Source of the DNA: Catajapyx aquilonaris
Taxonomy: Eukaryota
Reading direction: 5' to 3'
DNA length: 64,000 bases
Assembly (NCBI GenBank): GCA_000934665.2
Contig: KZ538522.1
Span: 1 to 64,000, forward strand
The notes below the pieces were generated by a model. It saw only the letters and a program-made list of their open reading frames with translations, was not told where the DNA came from and did not search any database. The position numbers were made by a program, and so were the translations under genes. The first letter of the stretch is position 1; each line of letters starts with the position of its first letter. Below are positions 37,998 through 53,300 of the stretch, in pieces.

Positions 37998-40900
37998 GCA
38001 AAGTTCCTCCTCTGCACCCAGCATATTTGGTGCATACAGGATGGTATAACTAAAAATATGTCCGCAAACATGATTCACTGCATTAAGCTAATTACTGCAC
38101 TTACACTGAGTATGATGTCAAATACTAGTTATGGTCGTGTAATTAATAATAAAGGGATTATCGCATGGACATGCGCGTACAGCGTATTTATTATGTATTG
38201 AATAGTTGTTGTGTTATGTTTATTGAACCAAAAATTGACGGTTTGTGATTATGTCTAAATACCTTGATCATAATTGTCTGATCAAACGCTACCATAGCTG
38301 ATTTCAGGGTTGAAATTCACCATACTGTCAAGTCAAACAACGCTCTTTTACATTATATAATATTAATTGATAATTTATATTTATTATTGACATATCATGT
38401 ACATATAACTCCACAATAAAATGGTGCGCCACATAAACAGTCATTGTAATTATTGGGATTACCATGAAGGGGGATTACTCTAATTTGTTTTGTTGGAATT
38501 AATTTATACCCTATGCCCACCATTATTGTACTATTGAATTTGAAATCATATCCAAATAATAATGTTATCCATATGTTGGATCACTACCCGCAACAAAATC
38601 ACTGCTTCAAATATATTGGTAATGCTATCTAAATATTAGCATATACTTGCGAAAGAAACCTGTTGAGCTACGTGTGCATAAACATGACCTAAGTATAGTA
38701 AAGTAAATAGCAAATACATTTCAAGCCGCCCTCAGCATGATTTGCTGACTCAACAATAATGCCACATTGCTACAAATAAATCAATCCCGAATAAATTGGT
38801 ACCCGGACATACACGTGCAGCTATAGGCCACGTCAGCATTCTAGGAAGGTGACCCCTGACTTCACCATTGGTAAGTGTGTTGGTTGCATACTGCCAGGAT
38901 ATTTTTTTTGACATAATAATGTATTACCAAGCACTCCAGACTCTGGTATTCCCATTGTCCCAAAACGAACTCGCAAGTGCAAGCCCATACTTTGCAAACG
39001 ACACTTTTTAAACTCCATATTCATACATCATTGGAACGAAGTTGAAGTGAACATTAGCGTCGCTTGTGCGCAAATCAGCGCGCCTTTTGAAGGCGTCGTG
39101 ATGAAGGTTTTGTTTGGAGGACGGAGGGGAAAAGAGGGATGACGGTGAGGGAACGGTCACATTATAAGGACCACGGGGCGAGACCGTAAAAAAGGGGTTA
39201 ATTCATTCCTAATTTAATTGTCGGGCGAGTGAGTGGAGAGGTGGGATGGCTTTTGTGAGCTTAAGTCTTCTTTGATAGGGTTTTGTGGGCGGGCTAGGGC
39301 ACTCGCACACTCTACCCACCAAAAGTTTGGGAACGAAGCAGCCCCCAGGACGTTTACATGATAATGGCCGGATTACAGGAAGATTAAGTGCAATCAGCCT
39401 GATGGACAGTCCCCGGCACATACGAACATATCGGGGAGGGAGATGCAGTCATCAGGACCTTTTTATCTGGTTGTATCCAAGTCGATATTTGGATCATAGG
39501 TGCTGCTGCTAGATGCTCAGAGACATGGATGGAAATAATTGAATCTGGAGGCGCCGGAGCAAATGCAATTGGAGGGGAGAGAGAGCGAGAGAGAAAAAAA
39601 GAAGAGGGCCTCCTTCATATTTCCCCATTCCCCGTGCCATGAATGCTGCGTGCAGTCTATATACAGCACCTAAATTTCATTCTGTCGCCTCCCCCCCCCC
39701 CTCTCCACTTACGAGAGGGACGAAATAATTGGCTACACTGCAAGGCTTTTCCCTGAGTTGTGGGAACCTTGCCACCAGGAGCTCTGCCAAAGGATCCGGG
39801 ACTTTTGGAGGAAGCCCGCATGTTCCCGCCATAATCCCCGAATAATTCGTGTCCGTGTTCAATAAGGACCTCGGATTTGGAATGGATGTTACAAGTCGCA
39901 AGTCAAGCCTGAATCGAAGACGTATGGAGCCGCCGTTTGTCACCGACTTCCGCCAAAACACTGTCGGCAATTTCTCTTCTTCGACCGTTGTGTATAATCC
40001 ATAACAAATCCAAAGAAGGAACTTTATTGAGGCTGCCACTGGGAATTAAGGTGATTCTGGCACGTTCCCAGCTTCCCATACGTGCTCAGGCCCGAAATAA
40101 GGAAGTGTTTACCCAAAGATTGAAGGTAGAAAATTGAGCCGAAATTGAGAGACAGGCTTACCAATTCTGCAGGTTTTCAGCCAGTCACCCATCATGCAAC
40201 GGGTCAATTTCTAACTTTACAACCCTTCTGAAAGATACCATCCGGAGGGAAATTTACGAGATGAAGGTCGCGGGCCAATGACTTGGATGCTGGAAGCCCC
40301 CACTCTTCCTTTCCCTCGAGGGCGGGCGTTGACCTAGGACTGCGGGGGCAAAAGTGCCTTCCAAACATCTCTTGGACACAAGCCCAGAAATTTACTCATG
40401 CTTTCCCTCCCTCAGTTATGGAATTCTGATTTATTCAGAAAATGGGGAGCATTCAGGTCGTGCCACCACGCAGTCATTGTCTATTCATAGCGTCCAAGTT
40501 ATCAGGTATAGCTGTTAGGAATACTTTGTCAAGTTGCGAATCGATATTGCTGCTTGACTTTAACCGCATGCAAGAGAAAAAAAGGATGAAAATGGAAATG
40601 CTTGTAAACCTTCTGCGTTATTCAAGCTTCGAAGTTTCCGGGCCATGTTTCCATATACAGTGTGTGCTCTGGGCCGTACATTGCCCGCCGGCTTCTGTAC
40701 GTAGGAGGCCTTTACAGTGTACCAAATTACTTTTGTGTGTGCCACGTGCCTGGACCATACAAGGCCCCACCGAAATTCAACTTTACGGGACGTCATTACA
40801 AGTCGCGGGTAATTTTATTTTCCGATTTTCCCTTCCATAACCCCCTGAAAGGTTATACAGCTGACGCCATGAAGCAAAACGGGGGTCCTAGAGTCAAGAA

Positions 40901-43900
40901 TGGCGAGAACGACACGAAGGGATGTTCCCTCTCCCTCTCTTCTCGCTTCCAGGGTGTAATCTGAAGGGGATTTGGCACCCCATAAAGACACACGAGAGCC
41001 TCACCCCTCCTTCCACCAACCCCGGGCAGATCACTCTTCCGGCTTGATCCGAAGCAAAGGAAGAAATACTCCTCAGGATTTAACGCCCTGAGGAACCCCT
41101 GTTGCTAACTGCATCCATCTCAATTCTTTTAAAACAATTGGCTCTTCCTCCTTCGAAGAGCAAGCAACCCCCCAGCCCCCAGCTTCCTTCCTTCAAACAA
41201 ACGTTCACATTCAGAGCCGCTCTCCTTCCTAAACCAATCAACTTCAATAACGCGAGGCGAAACGCTTGCCAAATGAACACTCCGTCCCTGAAAATGCTCC
41301 CAGAATCAGTCCAATCTGATTGAACCTCCGTTGGATTAACTCTGAGTCCTGCTGCCTAATGTACCTTCCTTGCTTGCAATGAACGCTTTAAAACGCAATC
41401 AGAAACGTTAGTCTTTATGCAGCATTTTACAAAATGACCGCATAAAACGCGGTCATAATTTTGGGGGTTCAGCACATATGGCTGATCATAACTGGCAGTT
41501 ATATCAGGTGTTTAAAATTTTTACATGATGCGACACACGAGGTGCAGGCACTTCTGGCCATGGGGGAAAGGTTTATACAAAAATAAAGTTGACTGCTTAA
41601 GCACGCCCTTTGTTCGGGTCTGCTCGGTCGGTATACTGGGATCATTGTCCAGCAGTAGGGCTCCATCGATTGGAGTACTTGACCACTCGCAACCCCCGCC
41701 ACACAAGAGATGATCCTTGTTTGCATTCCGGATTCGAATTTAACAAAAAAAAAAGTCAAAATCGCCTGACCGACCGATACTGGTACACTCCATTTCAAAC
41801 GTTTTAATTAAAAACACTGACGGAAATGTAGTTCAAAAATGTATAGTGTTGTCAGATGAATTTCTAAACGAGATCAACCAAGTTCGCGCAAATGGTTCCA
41901 ATAACACTAAACTTACGGAGGTAACAATGGCGGACTTTTGCGATGTTGCCAAGGCTCTGAGGCCCATGTGGCAACCTAGTTGTCGGAACAATGGACTTGC
42001 GCAAGTGTGGGTGCGCACTAGGTTGCGTTCGTAAAAAAAGTCATCTTATAATACATGACGGTTGGTACAGAATTTCAGCTGGGTTCACACGGACGTCGTT
42101 GTCTTTAGATCGTTGAAGTGGAATCGACCTGATTGGTGCGCCCCCCAGCCACAACAACGGCCGTGTGAACCCAGTCTGATATCCCGACACACAATACGTC
42201 ACACCTTACATGCACTTGACGTCTTTCCCTTCTCAATTCCAGCCAGCCCCATTTCCGTGCCTGTTCGTCTCCGCCTCTCCAGCCCAGAACCATATCGCAC
42301 ACGTGACATACAACAAAGAAACACGCTCTCACTCAATATTACGCTCTGACAAAGGGACAAAGGTGTCATTACTATTCGGAAAATGAGAAGAGGGAGTAGA
42401 ATCCCTCCCATCCTCCCCCTCCAGTTGCAGATAATGGGAAGCTGAGCAGCTCTTCCCCGCGCTGAATCCCAAGTGGAGCTTCCCCATGGATGGAAACAGC
42501 TGCACTAGGGGGTCCATGCAGGATGGATAGGATATTCGATCCTTACTCTCAGCTTGTCTCCACCCATCTACTAGGTCACCCAGGGCTTGCTTTGCAGTTC
42601 GAACTCTTCCCCCCCCCTCTCCCCCTCCTCTCTGTACCATTCCCCCGCCCGCCCCTTCTAATCACATTATGCGTGGCAGAGAGACAAAGCCTTGCTCTCC
42701 ATTTAAGATACTTGTCGACACCCGCAAGGCCACGATTACAGGACTGTCGTCTCCTTCTTCCGGTAAAGTACAGGGTTCCAATTTCAGACATTGCTGGATT
42801 CGTTATCAGGTAAAATACGGTACATGTACTACATAAATTCACAGCCATTTTTTTTTAAAAAAAAGTTACTGTTTGATCTGCTACATTACACAAATGGATG
42901 TTAGCACATTTGAACAGATCAAATATTTGATGTACAAAACTCCTTTGTTTCAAGTTGGCTTCTCCCATTTTTCATGTGTTTAACTATGCTTTAAATGATA
43001 TGTGTGCTCAAAACTATGCAGAACTGGATGGGGGGGCACAAAAGCGGCAACAAAATTGCATAACAATAACCTTGCTGAAAAGTACTCGTAGTTTCGGGGG
43101 GATTAGTAGAGAAACTACCGGTATATATAATTAACAATGTCATATCATTAAGTACAGTATTTCATTCAGTCAAGGCTATAGGCAAGCACCAAAAAAGAGA
43201 TGCAGGATGAGGCGGCAGTATAAACTACGTTATGATGCAATTGCTCGTCTTTAAACAAAATACCCTGGAAAAAAAATCTTCTTTTCGCATCTTAACGAAG
43301 AAGAAGGCGGGTAATGATTTCTTGCCTCATCAGGGTCTAAATTGTGAAGGTAATTTTGGCATTTCCATCCGACGTTAATTTCATGCACGTTGTAAAAGTG
43401 TTGTCTTAGCCTTACAAGTAATGAATCTTTACTTTTTTGTTCTGCTCAGGCAACAAAAATTTCACGCTTACACCCGACTTTATTGCAGCTTTTAATTTTA
43501 ATGCCTCTTTGCAAAAACTACCGTACAGTAATAGCCTCGAGCAGATAAAATGCTAATTAGTATGGTTGTAACCCAACAAGTAAGTAGTTACATTAGTGGC
43601 ATAATAAGTAATGGTGATCAGATAATAATCACGCACTGTACATATACACTGGTTTCTGTGATGATTAAGGGTTACAGGCAAATTGAGTGTTTGGAAATAG
43701 TAAATTACCACAACTAACATTAGGCAACACTTTTCATAACTATTTCCACACATTGTGGCGCGCAATAATATTTCATTTGTAGCTTATTCTTAATTAAATT
43801 GTCACACACCACCTGTGTGTGCATCACAAATAGCACTAATTCAAATAGTATGTTAATGAAACATACAACCACGCTTATCCTGAAAATTCAGACGACACCA

Positions 43901-46900
43901 CTATTCAAATCCTAATTTTTGTCGCCTTTCTGAATCCGGAATTAAACCCTTCACGCTGTCGACCTGCAGCCTAAAGTTGAGCGTGTGAGCAGTACAGTTA
44001 GTGACGGGGATGCACCCTGAAAGTTCCCCACAGAAATGGAGTGGGTTGAGGCTACAAGTAGTATACGTATAGCTCCCCAGTTGCAGTCGAAACCGCAACC
44101 AAGCCCGTAATTCAGGCAGGCCTTTCCATAAACGCAAAGCATACAAATCCGCCGACAGTCCATGACGAATGAGTTTCCTTCCCACTGATCAAGGAGGCGG
44201 GGTCAAGGGTCAGCCCCAAACTCCAGCCAAGAGCCTGGTATATTTTTCCGGGATACATCCTGCTTCTTTTTCTTCCTTTTCCTCAGGGGTAGCCTAATGA
44301 ATAGCGCCTGGCGCCAGGCTCCTTCCGAGGTGCAGATAATGAGGTCTCCCGTTCCATCAGGGATCAAAGAAACGCCATCGTTCTGCCACTGATTAGTAAT
44401 TCAGATCAGTGGAGGAGGAGATAGAGGCTCCACGTCACTTACCATCAAAGGCAGCAGGAACGGATGACGAGGGATTGATTTGAGGGGAAGAAGAAGAGCT
44501 TTTCCCTTTCCACCCCCTAGGCCTCTTCACCACCAATCTCACTCGCCATGCCTTTCAACACTCCCAAACCAATATTCTCCGGGCTCAATCAATCCAATTG
44601 CATAATTTCCACCATATACACAGCCTCCCTAAAATGACCGGGGATCCGAGAGAGCAAACATGGGGCACAGAGAGGGCAAAAGACAAAGAAGGGATGGTCC
44701 AACTTCCCTTCCCGCATGATCCAGAACCGAATTGCAACCGAGTTTCCCAACCGCGGAATTACCGAGTTCCAATACGGAGTACGGTTCCCCATGGACCTGC
44801 AACCCAACTTGCCTCTCCTGTTTACCCGCCAGGCAAACCCACCCCACCCCTTCTCATAAGTTGGATCTCACACATGACCTCCTCTCGACAAGAGGATCCG
44901 CTTTCCGATAACTCTTCAGGTCCTGGGGATAGGGGACGCCATCCGCCAACAGAACAGACCTTGGACTCGCCGTAGGAAAAGCATCAAAAATCATACTGTA
45001 TGAGGGCGCACCCTAGAATATTATTCGGCACAGATATTTCTTTTGGGCACAACTATGTTGGAGAGAGGCCAATTTGGTTGTAAAAATTTCAATTGTAGCA
45101 TACCTGCAAGTAATGAATGAAACGGCTCTCCCTTTGTTGCAGAGTCAAACAGCATTCCTACTAAAAAACATGGAACCAGCATCTAAGGTGGAAAATTCCG
45201 TGGGCGTAAAAAACCAACTAGGAGAATTTCCTGGTACTTTTAAAACTTTACGATTTTCTCTCTCCATCCCTCCCTGGTCTTTGTTCCCTCACCTCCTTCT
45301 TATGCCAAAGTGGTACAAGGAGACGGGACCTCGTCGGGAAGATTCCAAGGCGTTCCTGGCTTCCATGTTTACAACCCCATTACTCTTTTCTCGTCAGTGA
45401 TAATGGCTCTCATATGCAAGCTCCCGTCTGCACGCTTCTGCCTGATGAATTTGACTTCCCAACAGCTATACACTCCACCCTATATACAGAAAATCACGAC
45501 TTGAAATCCACCCCTCCCCCCAAAAAATGGACCCCCACATCCAATATGTAGATAGTAAAATGTGATTGGAGTTTTTTTTCTGGGTGTTTGCTTATTCTCG
45601 GCGCGTAATTTGCAAATGTGAGCACGTACATCAGAGTAAAACTGATAGTACATGTAATGTATACCTTTTCATCCCAAAATGATGAGTAATTGGACGTGCT
45701 GATTCATACAAAGAGTCGTCCTCCATTCCGCATCAAAATCATGTCTGATGGGAGAGAGTGCGGTGGTCGTCTCCAAACAACATATTTACGGATTAATGTG
45801 CCTCAAATTACTTCGGACATTTGGGCCACAAAACGGGGTTTCAAAAGTTCCAAGTGGGATTGAATTTGTTGGCGGATCTCGAACTGAAAAAATGCTGGCG
45901 TTTTGATGGGTTAGGTTTTCCACATTTCAAAATAATCACGGACCAATGATGAGGTATTATTTTTGATAATTAGTACAATGGGATGAAAGCAATGCATATA
46001 TACAGTTTATACCACTGCGAATGAATGCAAAAGGCAAATAATGATCCTAATTAATCGGGAGTTCCAATGTTGACAGTGTTTTCGCATAAAAAAGGTACAT
46101 AGTACTCATATAATCCACTGGCCCGATATAGGGTTCCCCCAGATTAATTTGCCTACGAGTCAATATCCCTCTGGATGTTATTTCCAACTACACAGCACAA
46201 AATCATACCTATCGCACAATATAGTAGCCCTCAGCAGCACTTTTACATGTAAGAGCATGTACTAAATTTATGATAATTTATGAACCCAATCTGCATGCTT
46301 CCAGCCATGGCCGATACCCTTGATGAAAGATTGGTTGCCAATTAGATTATTTTTTTACCCCGGACAGGAACATAGGCTATACCTTGCGAATGCAATGGAC
46401 ATTTCCAATGTTGGGGAAAAAATCCACAGAAACCTCCACCTCCGCAACTGCATGCTTTGATAAAGCGCCGTAGTTGCTGTGAAGCGACTATGATGCGATA
46501 TAGCCTGTCGCTTCCGCTGATAATCTCTCCTGTGCCAACAGTAGCCGGATACACAATGTTGTGTGAACTTCACATCAGACGAGGTAAAAAGGCCCCGTCA
46601 AAGAATATCCGCCAAACAGGGTTTGTCCCTACAATCGATGCCCGAAAAAAAAAATTTGGCAGTCCACTTTCACTGTATAGTGTATGTACTTTTTATATCC
46701 CTTCTTTTTCGGGGGTAAAATATAAACCCTCGGTGCAGTGTGTGTGTGTGCGCAACGGGGTAGTTTGAGCCAGTATAACTCTCTCCCTTGGCATCCGTTC
46801 GTCAGTTGACGACACTGCTGGGCTTGATTTCGAGCCTATCTCTCGGGGATGAGAACTACGAGTGCATCGAACTCGACGCTATAATGAAAAAAAAGCCCGG

Positions 46901-49900
46901 CTCGAAATTAATTGGCTTGGTTAATTGCCCCATGTTGAAGTAGGCTCCATCAGGGTCATTTGCACACAAAAATGCAGTTAAATGAAATTAAATTTAATGT
47001 ACCCCCCATGGGCTAAATTTCACAAATATGTAATATACAAACAGCTTGGCAAAGGCTTTCATAGCCTCGACTGCAAGCATTTTCGCGCAATAAACAACGT
47101 TATTAGCCTTGAAGAATATGGTTTCCCTCCCATTTTGAGTCCGGGATTTGAGAAAAAAAAGCTTTTGCCCTGAGAATCCGTAAGAGCTGAAGTGACGAGG
47201 CCGTAAATAGGGTATGAAGCAGAGTGCAGCAGTTCAACGTCCGATGCTGCGTAGTGTTATAATCGATACCTCCGTTGACAGGGAAATGTAAAGCAAGACC
47301 CTGAGCTTGCTGCGTCCCGTGCCCTGCGCGCCCTATAAGCAAAAGTAATTTCCACGCTTTTCTCATGAATACGTTTTTAATGACTTCATTTCCATAGCCA
47401 CGGCCGAATATTAGCAACCTTGGCCTCGCACTGATCGCCTACGCGTTATTAACTTACAGCTACACGTGTTGCCCGCACTTTTTAATCCTCTCATCCTACA
47501 TCAATTGCATCCATTAATTAAAAAGTGAACCACAGGATGATCCCTCACCGCTCTAGATTTATTGCGGCTATTCACTTTTCCAACGGCATTCCGGCTATAA
47601 TTCCATCGCTTCATTGTATGGAAAACTACAGTTCTGCATATGGCCAAGCAGGACCAGTCTGAAAGGACAAAACAACAACCGGAAAAAAAAAATCGTAACG
47701 CGAGGCATGACTTGCTAGAAATTTAATTACAAGAAGACAAACTATGCCACCACTGAGGTGGTCGAATACTGGCCATAAAATTAATGTCACATTTCTTGCT
47801 CAGTTCTCGTAAACAATGTTGGTCGGAATTCACAGAAGAGGGCGCCTGAAGTAATTACAGGGCAACTTCCGACATACACCTGACACTGTTTTGTGTAACT
47901 GAAGGTCAGTTCTCTCTCAAAAATTACTTTCGTTTCTTGTGTATCCCACGATATGGAGCTGTCAACACACATTGCTCAGAGTCATACAGTGGAATTCTCT
48001 ATAGCCAACCTGCGCTTACAACAAAAGAAGGTCAAATAAGCACACGTACGCCATGGATCTATTTTAACCCCTGCCAGCATCGACCAGCAAAAGGTTTGTA
48101 AAAATATTATTGTCAGATTTTTGCGGCCGACCCAGCTTCCGAGAAGCCTTTCTCATTTGGACCTATCGGCACCTCATAAATATCTCTTCCGGCTTCGGCC
48201 ATATTTTTCTGAGGGCCGTCTGCAAGAGAGACGCACTACCATTCCGCCCAATATAAACTTCATGAATAACAAAATACCCTACGGCGTTATCGATTGAGCA
48301 GCCCCGCACGCCGAATTAAACCCACCCAACCCCACACATCCTATCGGATCGGTTGAGGGCTAGCTACGTGAGACCAGAAGAGGCAAAAACGATGGGTGGC
48401 ACGAGAGGGTTGACATTGACCGCGGGGCAAAAAGTTGGAAAATTGGACCTCTCTTTTTTTTATTCCAGGTCCACGATCCGCATCCCGAACCGATCTCTCC
48501 TGGGAATAATTATCCGGGGGCACGATCCTAGTCTGCATATTTGGATGGGATTTCAGCCAGTACCAGGCTGAACACCGGTTTTTGGTTGCAGTCGACTCCA
48601 TAGGTGGGTGTCAAATTGGTGGGGAGGATGGACCTCTCTTTTCCCCCTCTCAGCGCAGTCTGTCTCCGATTTGGGTGCCGTTGACATCCCTCAATATGAG
48701 CTCGGATCCCTCATAAAACCAAGTCCCTCACTCCCAAAGTCCGGAGGATTTCGGACCCGGACGAGGGGAGAGGGAAAAAAAGGGGGAGGATTTCACCTCA
48801 TCCCAACAGACCATGAACAAGGAGCATAGAGCGCAAGAAACGGTATAACAATGACAATTTCTTGCGCTCAGACAGCTTGTGCCACTTTTTAGGAGGCTGG
48901 ACAGCTGTGCGGCTTAAGTGGATGAAAATGTAATTAAAAATGGACCTTGCCAGATGTTACATAATTTAGAATTTTTAGCACATCACAATCACCTCTCCAT
49001 AATACCTTGACTTGAGAAAAGTGTCGTGATTAAAGTGGACATACCCCACCTATTGGGCACATACAGGGACTTACAATACAGTCAAATTCTCCACCTATAA
49101 GTAGAAAAACGTGCAGTGCCACGTGAGGCAAAATAAATCCGTGAAGTACAGTATGAGGAAACAGAAAGATGCATGTTGAAGTTCCCTATAGGGCGAATTA
49201 CAGAACACTAAATACCTCCAGGACGTGAGTTGGCAAAGTAAACAGCTTCCAAAGTCCGACACACACAAAAATGAAAATCAGTTTCCAGTGCAAATAATAA
49301 ACCGTTCGCCGGTCTAATACCACTCAGGATTTTATATAGAAAATCCTTCGCGAGTTTCATCCCAGATAATGGAGTTATACAGTACAGCTCCTATAGGAAG
49401 CACACTGTAAGACCAATGCTCGTTTCCCGACGTGAGCTATAGGAAAATGGACCCGGGGTTGTCACCCCTCCAGACACACAAGTATACAGTATATACACCC
49501 CGGCACACAAAATGGCCAGTGGGCCAACACATCCATCAGATGCGAGTCGACGTGTAACAGCTTGATCAAACAAGGGGTCACACACCAAACGCTGAAGATA
49601 ATGGAATTGGCTGTGCCTTACGGCTCCCGATATTGCTCCGGTCATTTATCACTAAAAAGGGGGGCTTAGCTAGATAAGAGTTAAGGCCTCTCTCTCCTGA
49701 CTATATGCTGCCCCATGAATGAATGGTAGCCTGCCTCCTATTCTTCGTCGTAATTGAAAGCAATGGACCCTTCCAGTCAATCACCGTGGGAAACAGTACG
49801 CTATTGGGCACTCCTTTTTTTGCAAAATACTTGCGACCTACTTAGCAGATTATAAAAGATTATCCACTCTTCGAAACTGTGTCCGTTTATCGTACATCCC

Positions 49901-50262
49901 TCGTTTCCTCTCATGTGAGACCGGTCCGTGTTTGCAATATTTATGGTAGTGCACACACAGAAAAAGCTCAAGGGTGAATGTAATACCCTCCGGTTGAAAT
50001 CTGGGATTAGCAGCCACGGACACCATGTTAGCTCATTGATCAGCTTTGCAATAAGCCGAACTCGCCATGCACAAGATGGAAACGCATTTGATGGATTTTT
50101 TTTTTGCTAAAAAAAGAGCTGAAAATCCTCACTGCATACATAAGCTGACCAACCAGATTTTTGAGCCAGGAAATGAAAAATTCAGTCTCCTACAGGATGG
50201 AAGGAACAAATAATGAGAAACGTAGCTGAAGCGGGAGATGATGATGATCACGATGGTATAGG

Positions 50263-50324
50263 GATGGAGGATCCCGGAGGGAAAATTACTTTCCCTACAG
50301 ATGAGCCCCGGATGATCCTCCATC
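50263..50324. other. Nested inverted repeat / stem-loop
   Basis: Perfect 11-bp outer stem gatggaggatc (50263-73) / gatcctccatc (50314-24), a ccgg/ccgg pair and an inner 7-bp hairpin agggaaa-attac-tttccct. Confidence 0.5.
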
Positions 50325-53300
50325 TGGAGGCCTGGTTGTCTGCTTGGTTCCCCCGACAGATTGTAGACGACACAAGATGGATGGACACAGAGGCTCTCAT
50401 TCGATTTTCTTTAGTCTCGCGCCTTTCCTCCAATGTCCTCCCCTCCCCTTAACAATGCTATAGTTTTAGTTTGCTGCATGGCTTGCAGGCTCAATCTCGG
50501 GACGGATTAGTTGATGGTGTAGCCCATAAGGGACAGCCATAAAGGAGAAGCGATCTTCCTCCCCAACCCCCATCCAAGCAGCCTTTTTCTTCAGCAGACG
50601 GAGGTGTGGATGTCAAAATAAGAACGGGGAGAAGCAAGATCGATTTTCTCATCTTTTTCTAAATGACGGTAATCCATTTCGAGGGCAAGACGGGCTCTGT
50701 CACAAAATTTTCTCCTCCGTTCGCACTTCAAGGAGCGTCCCCCCCCCCCCCTCAAAAAAACAGGACTAAGGTGGGACAACTCCCATAAATAAATACTGGC
50801 TGCAATTCGTGTACTGCGCATGAAGTAGAAACACAAGATGACCGAGTCAAGACTTCCTCTCTTGTAAGTCTAACGTGAAGAAACAGTCCATAACTCAAGA
50901 GCCAGGTTCAGAGCTATTCGGGAGCACACACACACAAAAAAAAGTCAGATGGTGGTGAAATATTTTCCTCCGACTTCTTTTCCTGGTGTGGAAGAAAAGA
51001 ATGGGGTGGAGTCCCGTTGGAGCAGCGAAGAGTGAGAAGAGTCCTGAATGACGAACATACCACTTTAAAGGGACAAAAGCACGGAAGGTAACAAATCAGA
51101 CGCAGGAAGGGACACACCTTTCGTGCCCCCCCCCTAGGAAAAACATGGGCATTTCTGGGGAAGAAAATGGACAGGTTAAGCGCTTCTGCTGTTTCTCACC
51201 TTCTAATGAATGCTACGGAAGGCGAGATGGGAACAAAAGGGGAACAACCGCTCAACAGAAATTATACAAACGCTCCAATTTAGCCAGGTGAAAGGCAGGA
51301 GCATGACCGAGCAGGACTATTGTGCGCAGTACCTGCCATCTCAGATTAACTAAAAATAGTCGTGGCTGTCTTGATAGTAAGCTTCTAATAAATTAATGTC
51401 ACGGTCCTATCACTCTGAAAGGACTTTTGCGTGTGAGAAACCTCAAATCTGCAGTATTATACGATGGGAATTGTTCGATTATAATATCCGATGATGCAGC
51501 GATCACATATAAAATGGAAATTGCACAGTATTCATCTCCTTAAAAATGGTAAAAGGTCTGTAATATACCTCTGGGTATAGTATCTTGCAAGCCTCCGAAG
51601 GAAAATACCAGCCGCATAATATTATTTGTGCATTCAGTCACATTTAACTTCTGGCTGGCCTCCCCACAAGACATAAACTACTTCTGATAACTCACATTAC
51701 ATACACTCAGCAGAAGGAAGTATCAATCATCATAATTTGGACGTTTCTACCCTATATATAACTCCCAGGAAAATAAAGCCATTGTCCAAACTTTCCACCA
51801 ATCAAAATGCACGTGATATCCAACTTTTTTCGATCAAAATCATCACTTTTTTTTACCTCCCCGGTAATTACTTCTCCACCAGTAAAAACCCGGAAAAATT
51901 GACACCCTCCACTTTCATGTCATGTAACCAAGCCATGTATACAGCAAGACGTGCAAGTCCCGCGTTTTGTCAAATTATGCGCTCATCCTCCGTGATGTGT
52001 GCTAATTGTCATTAATAATCAAAAAGCATCCCATAAAATATGTATGAAACAATATTACACATAGGATGATACGGGCCGGAAAAAATTACCATTGCTGGCG
52101 GTTAAGCATGCAGAATGCGCGTGGGGTTCATAAACCCTCCCGAACCGCGGACAGCTCATTGATCTGGATCCCCCCAAAAAATGGGTGGGTATAGAGTAGG
52201 TTATATTCTAGTGTAGAGACTAGAGAGAGGGGTTTATATATCCAATCCGAATCGGGTCGCCGATAACTTACTCCCTGACACCGCTTCCTCCGGGCTCATT
52301 TGTTCCCGCCCCTTTTCATAACTCCCAATCTTTGTTTACTCTCCCTGGGGCTTATGACTTGAAAACCCGATCCAATGCTCGGGGTCTATATAGGGGTTCG
52401 GCATTCCCTAAGCCATAAGAACATTCCTCCGGTTCCAACTCCCCCTAAAACCGCGCCCACACAATCTCTATCGACCTCGTCATATATACTGGCAGCCAAT
52501 TTGCAAGGGCCTCTCGCGGGACAAGTGAAAAAACTATATATTTTTTTCTATCCCTCATTACCTGCAATCGGATTTCGCTTTCCCTTGTTGACTTCGGAAA
52601 GCACAGTAAATCAAAAAATGTTGGGGAAAGAAATGCTGCTACCGATACCCCAAAAACCGATAGTGAATTTTTTTTTAATGGATAATAAATATATTTCGAT
52701 ATGACGCATTTTGCCTGATTATGTGAATGGCCAGCCTCTGAGTTATGTGACGCAATAGGCCAAGTGGATAATGGTAGTAACAATTACCATCACTGCATGC
52801 ACCCAGCAGATGTTGTCAAGTTTCCCACCCTCTTCTCAAATGGCCCACCCACTTAAACAACACTGTAAAAAATAGTACGTGTTTGCCACCCTCACTTATT
52901 TTGATTCGAAAATTACCTCCCTGAATTACCCCCAAACAATTCCAGAAAAAATTCCAGGTGCTGTAAAAAAAACCAAGACAAAAAGACTGACTTTTCATTC
53001 TCCCTGCCCACAAAAGTACAAGTTTCCAAAGGCAGTTGTAGGTCACGTCTAAAAACGGTAGCATAATTGCGTGGGAGCCATGTGATCGGGTTGCACAGGC
53101 GGATCTACCCCGGATCATCCCTCTTACGGGACAGACTCCATTAGCACGATTCTCGTGACCCGTGTCACGGTAATTTGGGAAGCTCCCCCGGTATAAAAAC
53201 GGCCCAAGGAGATTCCAGTTCCAGGCCCACCTTTTCACTTTCCCACGTTTATGCCCAGTGCTTCAAACTGCAATACCGCCTAGCAAAACTGCCAATTTTG

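Noticed and set aside
42478..42495. PWM peptide resembling the Hox YPWM hexapeptide
   Set aside because: It reads SPWM rather than Y/FPWM, and no homeobox (WFQNRR) was found on either strand.
44306..44319. 14-bp perfect palindrome gcctggcgccaggc, and similar short inverted repeats at 12615-12635 and 46827-46908
   Set aside because: Several of this length are expected by chance in 64 kb.
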